A stretch of 64,000 nt of DNA, from contig OX597831.1 in NCBI GenBank assembly GCA_951406725.2, positions 58,838,001-58,902,000 on the forward strand, read 5' to 3'. This document shows positions 26,990 to 39,967 of the stretch, in pieces. The stretch is from Octopus vulgaris (lineage: Eukaryota). Every line of letters starts with the position of its first letter. The stretch's first letter is position 1. A program made the translations under genes and the position numbers. The notes beneath the pieces were generated by a model that searched no databases, was not told the DNA's origin, and saw nothing but the letters and a program-made list of their open reading frames with translations.

Positions 26990-28490
26990 TATATATATAT
27001 ATATATATATATAGGTAAACAGTAAAAATAATTACAGACATGGACAAGAACATGAAACGCCACAGAGACGACACAAGAACCACAGGACGGGACATTCGAA
27101 GCCCTCAGTCATCAGTCAAGAACCAGATCATCTTAGCAATTTCGGCTGATTAATCTTGAGATTGCTCCGATATGGGCAGCCCGCCAAGGAAAATCTAAGC
27201 CAAGTGCATTAGATCCCCTGGAAGAAAGCTTCGAATGTATACAACACGAGGACGGAAAACGAACGAAGTACACGAACAAAAATACAGAATACGTGACACC
27301 AATAAGAATACAAAAACGTAAAAACAATAACGGTAAAAATAAAAAATAAAATATAAAAAATAAACAACAAAACAAAACCAGGACGTAGGACAAGGGTCTT
27401 TCGACAGGACGAATTGAGTATGGGGCTGGCTTATGAAGTTGTGCCTAATGGCCACAGGGAGACGAACAAATACGTGTTGCTTCAGCGGCTGCTGGAACGA
27501 AAAGAGCGCTCAACAGCGGCTAGCGGTCACGTGAGAACAAAAGACAAGAGAAAGGGACAGATGAAAAGAGAGAGAAGGTGGACGAGGGAGGAGAAGAAAA
27601 AGAGACAGATCGAGGGGGCTGGAGGTGAGAGAGATAGAGAAACGTAGAAGGGGGGAAGACGGATGGAGAGGGAAAGAAAGGAGGGGGAATAAGGGAGGAG
27701 AGAGAGAGAGAAAGAAAGATTAAGAGTCGTATCAATGCTTGAGAAAAATATACTTATCGTATAAGGACAATTGTGGATACGTAGCCGCCGATTATATAGG
27801 TAAACAGTAAAAATAATTACAGACATGGACAAGAACATGAAACGCCACAGAGACGACACAAGAACCACAGGACGGGACATTCGAAGCCCTCAGTCATCAG
27901 TCAAGAACCAGATCATCTTAGCAATTTCGGCTGATTAATCTTGAGATTGCTCCGATATGGGCAGCCCGCCAAGGAAAATCTAAGCCAAGTGCATTAGATC
28001 CCCTGGAAGAAAGCTTCGAATGTATACAACACGAGGACGGAAAACGAACGAAGTACACGAACAAAAATACAGAATACGTGACAACAATAAGAATACAAAA
28101 ACGTAAAAACAATAACGGTAAAAATAAAAAAAATATAAAAAATAAACAACAAAACAAAACCAGGACGTAGGACAAGGGTCTTTCGACAGGACGAATTGAG
28201 TATGGGGCTGGCTTATGAAGTTGTGCCTAATGGCCACAGGGAGACGAACAAATACGTGTTGCTTCAGCGGCTGCTGGAACGAAAAGAGCGCTCAACAGCG
28301 GCTAGCGGTCACGTGAGAACAAAAGACAAGAGAAAGGGACAGATGAAAAGAGAGAGAAGGTGGACGAGGGAGGAGAAGAAAGAGACAGATCGAGGGGCTG
28401 GAGGTGAGAGAGATAGAGAAACGTAGAAGGGGGGGGAAAGACGGATGGAGAGGGAAAGAAAGGAGGGTATATATATATATATATATATGC

Positions 28491-28521
<31 letters not shown>

Positions 28522-28805
28522 ATATATTTGTGTGTGTGCATGTGTGTGTCTGTGTGCGTGCTTGTGTGCATGTGCATGTGTGTGAGTATTCGTGTGTACG
28601 TGTGTGTGTGTACTTGTGTTTGTTCCCTGCCGCCGCTTGATACCTCGACATCAAGTGTTAGTGTGTTTATATCTCCGCAAAACTACGGTTCGGCAAAATG
28701 TACCGATAAAATAAGTCGAAAAAAAGGCTTAACAAATTTTCTACAAGGGCTGAGTTGTTCCATAAAGTGTTCTTCAAGCCGTTAGTGTAATGATTGATAC
28801 AATTA
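26814..28805 (+). mobile_element. Old CORE/OR2-like SINE split in its central microsatellite by a 1.46-kb insertion
   Basis: Degenerate head gcgcaggcatagct...ttcgtccctactgcgtgg at 26814-26910 and degenerate tail gtgtgtttatatctccgcaaaactacggttcggcaaaatgtaccgataaaataag at 28660-28720. Confidence 0.65.
27011..28467 (-). mobile_element. Near-identical 785-bp partial-tandem repeat (~1.85 copies), Penelope-LTR/retrozyme-like
   Basis: Unit starts ataggtaaacagtaaaaataattacag at 27011 and again at 27796; the second copy ends at 28467; (TA)n on both sides; duplicated ORFs appear in the track. Confidence 0.85.
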
Positions 28806-29722
28806 GACGTGGAGAATTTTATTCAATACGTTTCTACGTAAGAAAAGGAATATAACGATAATATTACCTCAAAATGCCAAACTCACCTTAAGAATACGTA
28901 TGACTATATAATTTGAGTTGAACACTAGTATATTCTTATATTAATTGTAAAATGACTGAACTCAATGTACAAAGACAGAAACCATATTTTGCAGTTTATG
29001 GAACTTATTCCTGCTATATGTATTATGCATATTGTATTGAATTAATAATTTAGAAATATCACTGAGTTCCTTCTTTTGTATTCTTTAAAATATATACCCA
29101 GGTGAGAACATAATTACCGGCCCAGATACTGAGGTGTACTTTAACTACTGAACATATACACAAAAATGTAACAGATTTGGGAATGTGCACATTCAAATGG
29201 TGTTATGTCTAATATCAATATTTATTTCAATAGGTTCTGGAGTGATTTCTCTTGCAGAATTGTCTCACCTACAAAGAAGTATTTGTTAGTTAAAGAGCAA
29301 TTTATACCATATCATCATTTGGACATCAGCATTAATTGTGTGCGTATACCATATATTTACTCTATGTATCGATGTCGAACAGCGTTCATATTTTACCGTC
29401 ACTTTCGTAATTATTTCTATTCGTACTGCTATGAAAGTAATTAGCTGATTAGAAACTAATTCTGGATCCAACATTAAATATACTACCCTTAAATTATATC
29501 CGAAGTTCTTACCGGAAATATTGCAACTGTGACAAATTTTGCTGACGGTCGTGAATACCGTCTGGATAATATCTGTAAATGTGCAAACAGGGTTTCAGAA
29601 TTAAATATCTATTCTAATGTAATTGGGTAAATTAAAAAACAAAAATTAACATAATATTAAATGCATTACTCAATGATGATATGAAATCTATCCTTACACA
29701 TATTCAAGTATTTTAGGCGTTA

Positions 29723-29770
<48 letters not shown>

Positions 29771-29860
29771 TAATCCAAACATGAAAACACAGAGAGAAAA
29801 CACAAAGACGCGAGGACGTGGAACAAGTATAGTATTATTGGACGCTCAGGAAAGAAGGAG

Positions 29861-29896
29861 GATTTAACGTTTCGAGCGGAGCATTTCGTCAGAAAC
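29861..29896 (-). ncRNA. Minimal type I hammerhead motif with intact core and decayed stems, in a Penelope-LTR-like fragment (~29766-29945)
   Basis: rc gttt-CTGACGA-aatgc tcc gctc-GAAA-cgt-TA-aatc; palindromic AACGTT stem III. Confidence 0.7.
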
Positions 29897-31436
29897 ATGC
29901 AAAGAAGTGAAGACGGAGAAAAATATCGCCAACGGTACACACTCGATCATGCGCGTGTGGCTTTGTGTGTATATGTGTATGTTTGGTTGCCTGTGTGAGG
30001 CAACAAAACGTACACATGTCGATATGTAAAAACAGATACAGATATCAGAAAAAATTTAAAAAACGCGTGCATAGTATTGTGTGTAAAGAGCTGCAATTCC
30101 TGGAGCTTGATTCCCTCTTATCACATCTAATCTTCTTTTGAAAAGTAATAGGAAATTAATACTGCAATAGAGCGTAACCAATGTATGAAAGTAACATCAC
30201 GGTTAAGAATGGAAGGTTTTCTTGCATTGGTAAACTAACAATAGTTTTTAGTGTTAGGAAACCGGACGTTTAGACAAAACCTTGTATATATATATATATA
30301 GTATCTACTTAACGAGAATAATACAATTCCTTCTTGCATCTATAAAAATAGGTAAGTCTGTGGTGTGTTAAAACCGAGGGCTTAATGTGTGTTTGGTATA
30401 TACCTGATATCCTCTTAATGTGTAAAAAGCTATGGTAGCTAGTTAAATCGTAATGTACATGGAAGAGGACGTATATTGGTGAAAGCATGTGAAATAAGAT
30501 GTCAACTTATTTAATATTTTGTTAGCTACGTACATTCCTCATAAAATAAGGAGAGACATAGATTTAATGTAGTAAGTATATATCTTAGGGGAGAACCCCA
30601 TATCTGTTGTATTGAATTATATTAAATTGCCTTCTGTTTCTCTTGTATAACCTTTGTTGTGCTAAAGGAAAACTAAACTATCAATAAAAATAATCTGTCA
30701 TATCTTGTATAGACTAGAATAAATGAAAACATAATGGCTTATATAATAATCATTGAGGTTAGTTGTATAAATATTTTCGGTATATTGTCTAATAATGTAT
30801 GTTACCAATATTTTGAAAAAGGTTATGAAATAATTTCTTTATAATAGTTTTTAAAAAGCTGTGTTTTTTTATTATTTATAACATCTTATCGTTATTTTTT
30901 TTGTAAATAAATATAATATTCAATAGCTAATGAAGTGTGATTTACGAATGATTCAGTTTTGAAGTAGAGTAATTATGAATATTGTCTAAAAACGAAATTA
31001 AATAAGAATTTAATGTATTATATTTGGAGTGGTTATTCTAGTGAGAAATAGCGACATAAAACATCCGCTACTTCAAATAAAATCTCTTAACTAACACGAT
31101 GTTGATTAATAACGAGAAATTTCTGGAACTTAAGTATATATTTCATCAATTAAATTGAAAACAGCACGAAATTAAAAAGTTAAAGTAATTTTTATATGAA
31201 TTATCATATCCTGTTACAACCTTGCTAAGCTTTTAGAACGGTTTTAATAAAGTAGTAATGAAGCCTTAGAAAATGTAAGAATCAGTAAGAGACTGGTTAA
31301 TGTGAGAAAATCTGATAAAATCATTAGAATAAAACATAATATAATAAACAGAAAAGAGGTAAGATAAAAAGTGAAAGTAACAACTACTGAACAAGCAGAC
31401 AAGCAAATTATAATAATGGCAATAATATTGATAAGA

Positions 31437-31530
31437 AAGGTGGCGAGCTGGCAGAAACGTTGGTAAGCCGGGTGAAATGCTGAGCGGTATTTCGTCTGCC
31501 GTTACGTTCTGAGTTCAAATTCTGACAGAA
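31437..31530 (+). mobile_element. Nin-type SINE 5' head (truncated)
   Basis: aaggtggcgagctggcagaaacgttgg...gttctgagttcaaattc. Confidence 0.8.
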
Positions 31531-31532
31531 GT

Positions 31533-32000
31533 CATGCTTTATCATTGATATGACTGTCCTAATCGACATAAATGTATCTGTCAAGACCTACCAAGTACTG
31601 AGCAAGTATAAAAAGCTTGAATTAAAAATTGGCAAAAGGTGGAACATCAAGACTGAAACAACACCTGTTGTCATAGGTGCCCTAGGAATGATAGCAAAAT
31701 GGGCTGATTCCTATCTAGCTCAGATACCATGAAATCCCAAATTGATAGAAATTCCAAATATAGTGCTCATGGGAACTGAACCACATCCTACGTAATATAC
31801 TGACTATGTAACATCAAATTTTAAAACAATCTCATAAGTTCCTTATGTATTCTTAGACATTCTCTAGAACAATACTATGTACATAACAAATATTTGACAC
31901 CGTAGTTATAACACTAGCATGAACTTCTAACCTGCTGTCTCTTGCGGTCTCTGGGTGATACTTGGAGTCAACTTGTACAATTAAAAAGTAAAAGTAAAAA
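31533..32000 (+). mobile_element. R4/Dong-like retrotransposon 3' end (RLE domain and 3' UTR)
   Basis: CFIIDMTVLIDINVSVKTYQVLSKYKKLELKIGKRWNIKTETTPVVIGALGMI, a typical RLE C-terminus. Confidence 0.85.
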
Positions 32001-32004
32001 CATA

Positions 32005-32379
32005 TTACTCTTTCTCTTTTACTCGTTTCAGTCATTTGACTGCGGCCATGCTGGAGCACCGCCTTTAATCGAGCAACTCGACCCTGGGACTTATTCTTTT
32101 GTAAGCCCAGTACTTATTCTATCGGTCTCTTTTGCCGAACCGCTAAGTGACGGGGATATAAACACACCAGCATCGGTTGTCAAGCGATGTTGGTGCACAA
32201 ACACAGACACACAAACATATACACATACACACATATATATAATATATACGACGAGCTTCTTTCAGTTTCCGTCTACCAAATCCACTCACAAGGCATTGGT
32301 CGGCCCGAGGCTATAGTAGAAGACACTTGCCCATGTGGTTGGTAAGCAAGCTGCTTACCACACAGCCACTCCTACGCCT
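32005..32379 (-). mobile_element. CORE/OR2-like tRNA SINE with an internal deletion in the head
   Basis: Reverse complement of the 39768-40193 family; junction acttgcc|catgtgg lacks the B-box segment. Confidence 0.9.
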
Positions 32380-32419
32380 CCTATAATAATAATAACCATG
32401 AAATTGTTGATTCCCTTGG

Positions 32420-32718
32420 GGGATCCCCTGTGGGTGTCCTAGGTATGATAAGAATGGGATATCAGAAACACCTAGATGATATTCCAAGAGAACCATGTTT
32501 CTGAGATATCCAATAGATAGTGGTGACTATACTGCCAATGTCCTTAGAAAAACTTTATCAAATTTAAAATATGTGTTGTGACATGAAGATATTTCTCTGT
32601 TGCCCCTGCTCCTTCCTCTCCCCAAGCTTTCTACTCTAACATCTCTTAGCCTTCACTCGCCCTAGGACGCTGGGTGTGTCTCGGCGAGTGATTGTAAGAA
32701 ACATGCAGATTAAAAGTA

Positions 32719-32751
<33 letters not shown>
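32420..32751 (+). mobile_element. Second R4/Dong-like 3' end with (TAA)n tail
   Basis: VGVLGMIRMGYQKHLDDIPREPC*...NVLRKTL, then a UTR and taataataat... Confidence 0.7.
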
Positions 32752-32753
<2 letters not shown>

Positions 32754-33400
32754 CTTTTATCCCTAGGGTATCAACAATTTGTCAAATACACGGAAGTATA
32801 TCATCAATAAGTGGGGGAAAATACTATCTGTTTTAAATAAATCAATTAAGGCTTAATAAACATTTGTTTCTTTTCCAACTACGAATGCGACAAAATTTCT
32901 TTGCAAACAAATATACACGTATTTTGTTTCCAAGTTTTAATCCATTGTATACAAGGGCTCAAATTTCGACGATATTTCGAGAATAATATAAAAAAACTCG
33001 AAATGCCACTTATATGAAATAGAAGTCAGAAAATAAAGAATATATCAAAAAGAAAACAAAAGAGCAAGGAAAATTTGCCTACAAGAGAAATCTACCTACA
33101 ATAGTTCGAGAGATGTTCAACATGAACGTTCGAACTGCTGCGTATCTCCCAATTTCTGTATTCCCCTTCAATTTCATTTCGGATTTATAGAAAGCACTTT
33201 ATACTAACGGCATTCAACCTTAGTATCAACACACTTTTGTACAACTTTTCTTGAAACCAATAACTAAGTAGTTTCATCCTCTCTGCCCTCATTTTTCTAA
33301 GCAATTGAAACTTGAACAAGTGCATAACTGTTCAACCAGATTAGAAAATATATATAATCAAAACTTACGACGGTATCAGCTACGTATATTTATTCCTTAC

Positions 33401-33561
33401 AGCTAGTAGATAGAGGTATACTGGTCACATTTCTGTGCCAAAAACATTGATGCATTGATTCTCATTATAGACACTGCTGGTAGCTAGATCCGTCTTGAAT
33501 GCCTCCGCAGCTGTTCGAAGGAAGCCCATTGCATGCCATTAGATCTTGGAATACTGCACCC
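33401..33561 (-). other. Candidate exon (161 nt; all three frames contain a stop)
   Basis: Acceptor ttttatacag|G and donor CT|gtaagg (alternative gtaagttt 32 nt further on); unique, relatively GC-rich sequence. Confidence 0.35.
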
Positions 33562-36079
33562 CTGTATAAAAATTTATAGACATGATTCCTACTTTTAAAA
33601 TGTGTTCATAAATCCAAAGCTGAAAGAGAGTAGTCAGACTGCTATTTCAATATTTTTGTTAGAAAAAAATGTAAGTTCTCTTGGTATTTTTGATAATTTT
33701 ATTGCTGTTGCCAAAATTATGTGAACGACGAAATAATCAATATTTATACGCATTCGATATATATTATAAGCGGAGAAAGCTTCCTAGTAACCTTGGCCGG
33801 AGGCCACCATATTCAGTAATTTCGATATTATTAGATCATTTTCAGGGATCACAATATATTTTATTTCAGACAATAGGAAAATCAAAACATCCCCTGGTAC
33901 CCGGTCTGAAAGATATTTTACAGAAATAAACGTTCTATTTTTATAAAGAAATCAGCAAATTATAAATCTAAAGGAGAGCTGCGTGTAAATATGTTCTGCA
34001 AAGAACTGGCATGATAATGGTAATAATGAAAATAATAAAATAATAATGTGTGGTCATCTAAATAGTATTTCAGCTTTGCTCGTATTAGATATTGCATAAA
34101 ATTGTTAGTTTAAGGTATTTTTAGATTAACCTCTGCAATGCTGTTTATTTTCAAATTTAGTGGCTAAAACGTAACCTCCTGTGTAATAAGAATACTCGTA
34201 CAGAATGAAGACTGCAATATAGAATACTACGTGTAATATGATGTTTATTTGGGTTGAAAGTTATGGCTTATTATTACTGAACATTCTGAAGCATTTTATG
34301 TGTATAGTCAACCTAATAATTATCTGGGCTTATACAACTGTAGAAAAGAACGCACACACACGACTAGAATTCCGAAAAGTCTGATAAAATAATCTGTCTA
34401 TGTGAAAAGGCTATACTCCGGCTAGTTCTAAATCACTGTGATAGATAAACAAATTAGTTCTGTTTCGCTAGGGCACCAGTGTCCTTTGCATTGAATTCTG
34501 CCAAGGATCAAGTATAAACACATATTATTCAAGCCATCATATATAAATAAACTCACAAAATGTCTTCATATAAATAAAACGAATAGAAAGAGTGGAAAAA
34601 GGGACGGCGTTAGGACAGAAAAACATTGATATCATGTTGATTCTTCTCTATTTTCATTCAAAAATATTCGATGTTAAAATTCATTTACCTAGAAATGTAG
34701 TATTGTTGAGTGGGAAATCATTTCCTACAGATCTTTACGAACCTTGTATCCTGCAGCAATTTCATCCGATCTGTTCATCACGTATCCACCAAGCAGGAAT
34801 TCCTATCAGAATTCACTAATGTTAAGCAATATTAAATAATGATTTGCTTGATTTCCTTTTCACTTGTTTTGTTTTCTGTAATTGAAATATTTCAAATCTA
34901 GCTTATCTTTGTCACATTATTTCTTATGCATGTTTTTCTTTTTCCTATTGTCATACATTTACTATCTGGAATGCAATTACAAGTACATTGCTCGAGCTTG
35001 CTCTGTAACATATGATAAAGTTTAAAATAAATATTCTAATGATCTTCCAATATATAATGTATGAGAATTCATGAAACGCTTTCATGCAATCTGATCAGTA
35101 TCTCTCTATGTGATTCCAGTATTACACAGATACCAGCAAGAGAGAGAAAAAAAAAACGTGCGTTTCCATCCTGTTTCAAGTGAAACGATTAATGATTAAT
35201 GTGATGTTTTCTGTTTTACATATGATTATATGAAGTCCTCTATATTAATAATGATTGTGAATTTATTGCTGTATGGTTCTACATGATACTTGTTAATTAT
35301 ATAAGTATAGCATGGTAAAATGAGTCAGCTGTATTGACAAAAATTTGCTATCGACAGTAAACATGTAAAGAGAATATTTACGCATTAGCTGTTTCATATG
35401 GCTCTATAAGTAAAACGATTGAATCGGTATATAAAACCTCTTCGAAATATTTGAATATTTGTTGACTTTGATTCATCGGCATTGTCGCTATCTATTGAAT
35501 TATTTCAAATGTGGGGGTAAACCTGGTAAGACGTAACAGGTTAAAAAGCATGACGAAAAGCAATAAAAAACCTAAAAAGCATCAATGAAGAATAGATAAC
35601 GAATAGTTAAATGTTTCTGTTGTAAAATGTTTTTTGTAATTTCCATCCATTTGAAAATCTGTTTTGTTCCTTATGGCAATCCCATAATAGACACATGAGC
35701 TGCTGTATGCGTTGAAAATTCTCAGTTTGTCGCTATTTAGTTCTGAGTTCGAACTCTTTTGATGAATATATAGAGGAATATTTTTACATAACAGGGATGG
35801 GATTAATTCAATTTCATCTGTGGATTAAATGGATAACGGGGCAATGAACGGGTAACAGTCCACAATATACTAAATAAACTCTATGACTATTTCACAAGGT
35901 CACCAGAATCAAATATGACATGTCAGCCTTCTTTTCATAATAATCAGTATATATTCCTTTGAGAAAACTAAGTTATTTGTTAACCTTTAGCTACCCCTGA
36001 TCGAACATAACTATGATCAAAGGTGCACAATCCTTGTTCAGCCACCACTTTTTATGTAGCTAATATAATAAGATAATAC

Positions 36080-36290
36080 AAGGTGGTGAGCTGGCAGAAT
36101 AGTAAACACACCAGGCGAATGACTTAGCTGTATTTCGTTCGTCTTTGCGTTCAAATTTCATCGAGGTCGACTTTACCCTTCATCGTTTCGGGGGTCGATA
36201 AAATGAGTAGTATCTGAGCACTGGGATCGATGGAATCAGCTTATCCATCCCTCAAAATTAGTGGACTTGTGCCAAAATTTTAAACCAATG
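36080..36290 (+). mobile_element. Nin/Deu-domain-type SINE
   Basis: ggtggtgagctggcagaatag...gaggtcgactttacccttcatcgtttcgggggtcgataaaatgagta...cttgtgccaaaatttt. Confidence 0.85.
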
Positions 36291-36791
36291 TAATAGGATA
36301 TTGCCTAATAGTTATTTTCTTCATGTTAAAAGGAGAACTGGTTGGTAAATTTGTATACTAGACAGAACAACCGACCTACACATTTATGCAAGTATACCAA
36401 GAAAATACACGTGTCTGTATTTCCTGAATGGAGAAATTCATGTAATTATAAATTGGTCTATAAAAACTCAATCGCGGAAGTGGCAATTACAACAACTTCT
36501 CATTATATATATATTAAGTTGAATTTAATTTAGGAAATGTATCGCCGCATTGCATGATAATATATTTGTGAGATAACTCTCGGAGAGTATTTACTTTTTA
36601 TACATGTCAGGAATGTTCATTTAATTTTCTTTAAATACCACCCAATACACTTAATTACGTCTTAGCGCAAACATCTCCGGACAAAAGAACACGCAATAGA
36701 CTCGTACCTTGGACAATTTTACTGACATGTTTGTTTAAGTGTCTAAATCGGTCGAAGCAGATCGATATAAATTTCCTTTCATTGCACTTAC

Positions 36792-36873
36792 ATGCAAGAT
36801 AATGAACACAACAATGGTCTGACCCCCAGAATATTCTAGATTTATACAATCGACGCTTTCGGTCACAGTCATT
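36792..36873 (-). other. Candidate 82-nt internal exon
   Basis: Branch-point-like ctaat, then tgtctttattgcacag| acceptor and AT|gtaagt donor; two frames are open. Confidence 0.5.
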
Positions 36874-38609
36874 CTGTGCAATAAAGACATATATTAGAAA
36901 GAGCAAAAGAATGCGGATGTCAAGAATTTGTCTTGAGCAGGAATAACGTTATTTATAGGAATAGTATTTAAGCAGAAATTCAAAGCCGCACCAAGAGCTT
37001 ACATGCACATTAAATTAGTTGATTGGATGGAATGCCATTAGGTTCTAATTCTGCATACCTTTTATTGAAGATTTGTTTTCATATATGCACACTATAAAGA
37101 TTTAGTAAAAAAGAGCAATTACTTATTTGTAGTTTGGTCGTAGTTTTATCATCACGGAAAAACTATGATTATAAAATAAAAAATTAGGAAAATTAGGAAA
37201 GCTAGATTTACATTGCTTCAAAATATCTCCAATAGCCGACAAGGAGATAATATTTTAGGTAGGAATAACGAAAACATATTCTTTCATTTGGTAGTCTTTC
37301 ATAATACTGAAAAGATGAATCAACAAAATCAAATGCACTTTAAAATGTGGACGTCCAGATTTCAAAACATTTGAATACCTAGGTCACTGTTTTGAATTTA
37401 ACGCTTGATAGAAATCACGTATAATTAAGAAAATGAGTTATCTGTAAAATACCAAATTCTATTAATTTCAGATTGACACTGTATAAATTTAGAAATCTTT
37501 TATGTATAAGAAATTCTCTTTCCAACAATCTGAGCTTTGGCTTTGCTGTTTAAGCCTAAGTTGCCATCACGAAAACGACGTGGATTCAATACAAAAATGT
37601 ATAGTGTATTTGAATATTTGGATAGTTCTTGAAGCATAATCTTCCTGGGTGGTGTTACTGAGATGGAAACAAGCTTGCTTTTAATAATGATATGGAAATT
37701 AAAAGTAAATAAAGACTATTTAGTTATATCCCCTCTCCTCTCTCGTCTTCCTCCCTCTCTCTTTTGCTCTTTCCATTTCTCAAAGATTACGTAAAAGGCT
37801 TCTGAGCACAGGTCAGTATAAATCTAAAGAAAATCTGGATAAGATTCAGTATTATATCATGAGAAAATTTAGTCGAAGAATCTTAAAGTGAAACTGGAAT
37901 ATTACACAAGCCATTATTTATAAACTGCAGAAGTCAAACGCTGAAATAAGATTAACTGATGGAATAAGCAGGATATTTGTGTGTAAGCCTGCCAGAAATA
38001 ATATTCAAATATTCTCTAAATCACGCATAATTTTGGTAAAATAGTACATGTAGTATACAGGCTGAGATAGATAGGAGAGAAATGGAAAGGTAGAGTGTAT
38101 GTTTGTAAATATGTGCAGCGTGTTTGTATGGGTGTATGTACGTGTGTATGTGTGTGAGGAAGAGAAAGAGAGAGAGAGATAGAGAGAGAGACGCGATGGT
38201 CACATCGGGAAAAATCTTTAATGTGGCCTAATATGCAATTATAATTACATAAAGGAAATTAGTTAAAACATCCAACATATTTCCCATGAATTTCAATAAT
38301 AATTACTATTTATTAATTTTGGACTTTTTTTGTTTTGTAACGAAGTTATTTTGAACTGTATACCTGGTAAAATTAATTCCAAGTATGTCATTGTAAAAGA
38401 ATAAATGATCAAAAAGGTTCACATTGATTTCAAGCGAATTTTAAATAATTGCATAGTGTTTACGTTGTCAAAAGGCTATATATTTTAAGTTGCGAAATAA
38501 GTCCATAAAGATAGTTTCTGTTACTTTTTGAAGCGACAAAGCAAATAAGTAAACCAACAATAGTAAAAAGAAAAAAATATGTTTTTAAAATTTCATCGTC
38601 TCTTAAAAA

Positions 38610-38970
38610 TGAAAAGGGAAGTATGTGTAGTTACAGATTATTGTCCAACCCTCACTGGACGATACGTCAACGACAGTTCCCACCATCCATAGAGTGTAAA
38701 GAGAGGGATTGCCCAGTGCATAAAACATCGAGCAGAGAATAAAAGTAGTGATCTTGATATACATCACGAGGAAATAATTACGCTAAGTAACAATCTATTA
38801 AGCAACAACTACTCAAAAAACACTTTAATTAGGAAGAAGTGACAGGATGCAACACATAAACTGAACACATTCCGTTTACCCTATCTGAAAGGCCTTTCGC
38901 AAAAGATTAAAAAAATATGCGGTCCATATGACATATGGACAGTATTCGAAAGTAATATAACATATCGCTA
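38610..38970 (+). mobile_element. Penelope-like element, RT C-terminal/thumb-linker fragment
   Basis: PTLTGRYVNDSSHHP*SVKRGIAQCIKHRA and RLPYLKGLSQKIKKICGPYDIWTVFES match the PLE motifs KPTHTGRYL..SHHP and LPYVKGLSEKI. Confidence 0.8.
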
Positions 38971-38989
38971 CTAGCACCCGAAACTGAGT

Positions 38990-39700
38990 GAAACACTTAT
39001 AGGATACACTGACCCGGAGTGATTACAATCCAAGAACCTAAATCAGTGCGTCACTTGCGTATCGACATTAGTGATGATACATCTTTCCAAATTCACATTA
39101 TCAAAGTGCAGACGGCTGACTGACTCGATCCTGAGAACCTTAGAAAACAGAGAGCACGAAACCATGATGGTCTTCTGGAGCACCTTTGTCCTCAGGCGCC
39201 TGGAATACTGTTCCCAACTGGACAAGGCTGAAACAGCTATGACTCTCCTCTCTTGAGTGAGGCGGTAGATATGCAGTAATATACATCTAGAAGATTCTGG
39301 AAGGGATTGTGCCAAATTCGGGCTTTGAAATCTACACAAATGCCAGAAGGGGTGGCCACTACACAGTGCCAAAGATCCCAACAATACCGTATCGATTCTG
39401 GACCATTTACTGGAACAACCTGTGCTTCAAGGGCCCACAGACTTTTAATATTCTCCCAAAGTGATTGAGGGACCTACACAAAGTGGATGTAGGTATTTTC
39501 AAAGCAAAACCCGATCTCTTCCTGTCGAGAGTCCCAGCTGAAGCTACCTCGCGGCGGGAGGCGCGAATGACGGCAGGGACATCAAAATTCCCTTATTCAC
39601 CAAATTCCACATATCAGAGGAGGCTCTCAATAATAACAGCGTAGCAAACCGGCGGTGCCCCAGAATATCTGCAGCTTTGAGCTGTAACCGATTAAAACAC
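38990..39700 (+). mobile_element. CR1/L2-group LINE 3' fragment
   Basis: ILRTLENREHETMMVFWSTFVLRRLEYCSQL, KILEGIVPN, GPQTFNILP, FKAKPDLFLSRVP. Confidence 0.8.
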
Positions 39701-39767
39701 AAGCGATATGTTAATCCAATAAAAATTATTTCCCTTAGACCTTTCATTTATGTATTGTTAATTTCGA

Positions 39768-39930
39768 AGTGCAGGAGTGGCTGTGTGGTAAGTAGCTTGC
39801 TAACCAACCACATGGTTCCGGGTTCAGTCCCACTGCGTGGCATCTTGGGCAAGTGTCTTCTGCTATAGCCCCGGGCCGACCAATGCCTGGTGAGTGGATT
39901 TGGTAGACGGAAACTGAAAGAAATCTGTCG

Positions 39931-39967
<37 letters not shown>

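Noticed and set aside
34592-34819. 75-aa ORF containing a tttcctacag acceptor-like site
   Set aside because: No convincing donor, no recognisable domain and no partner exons.
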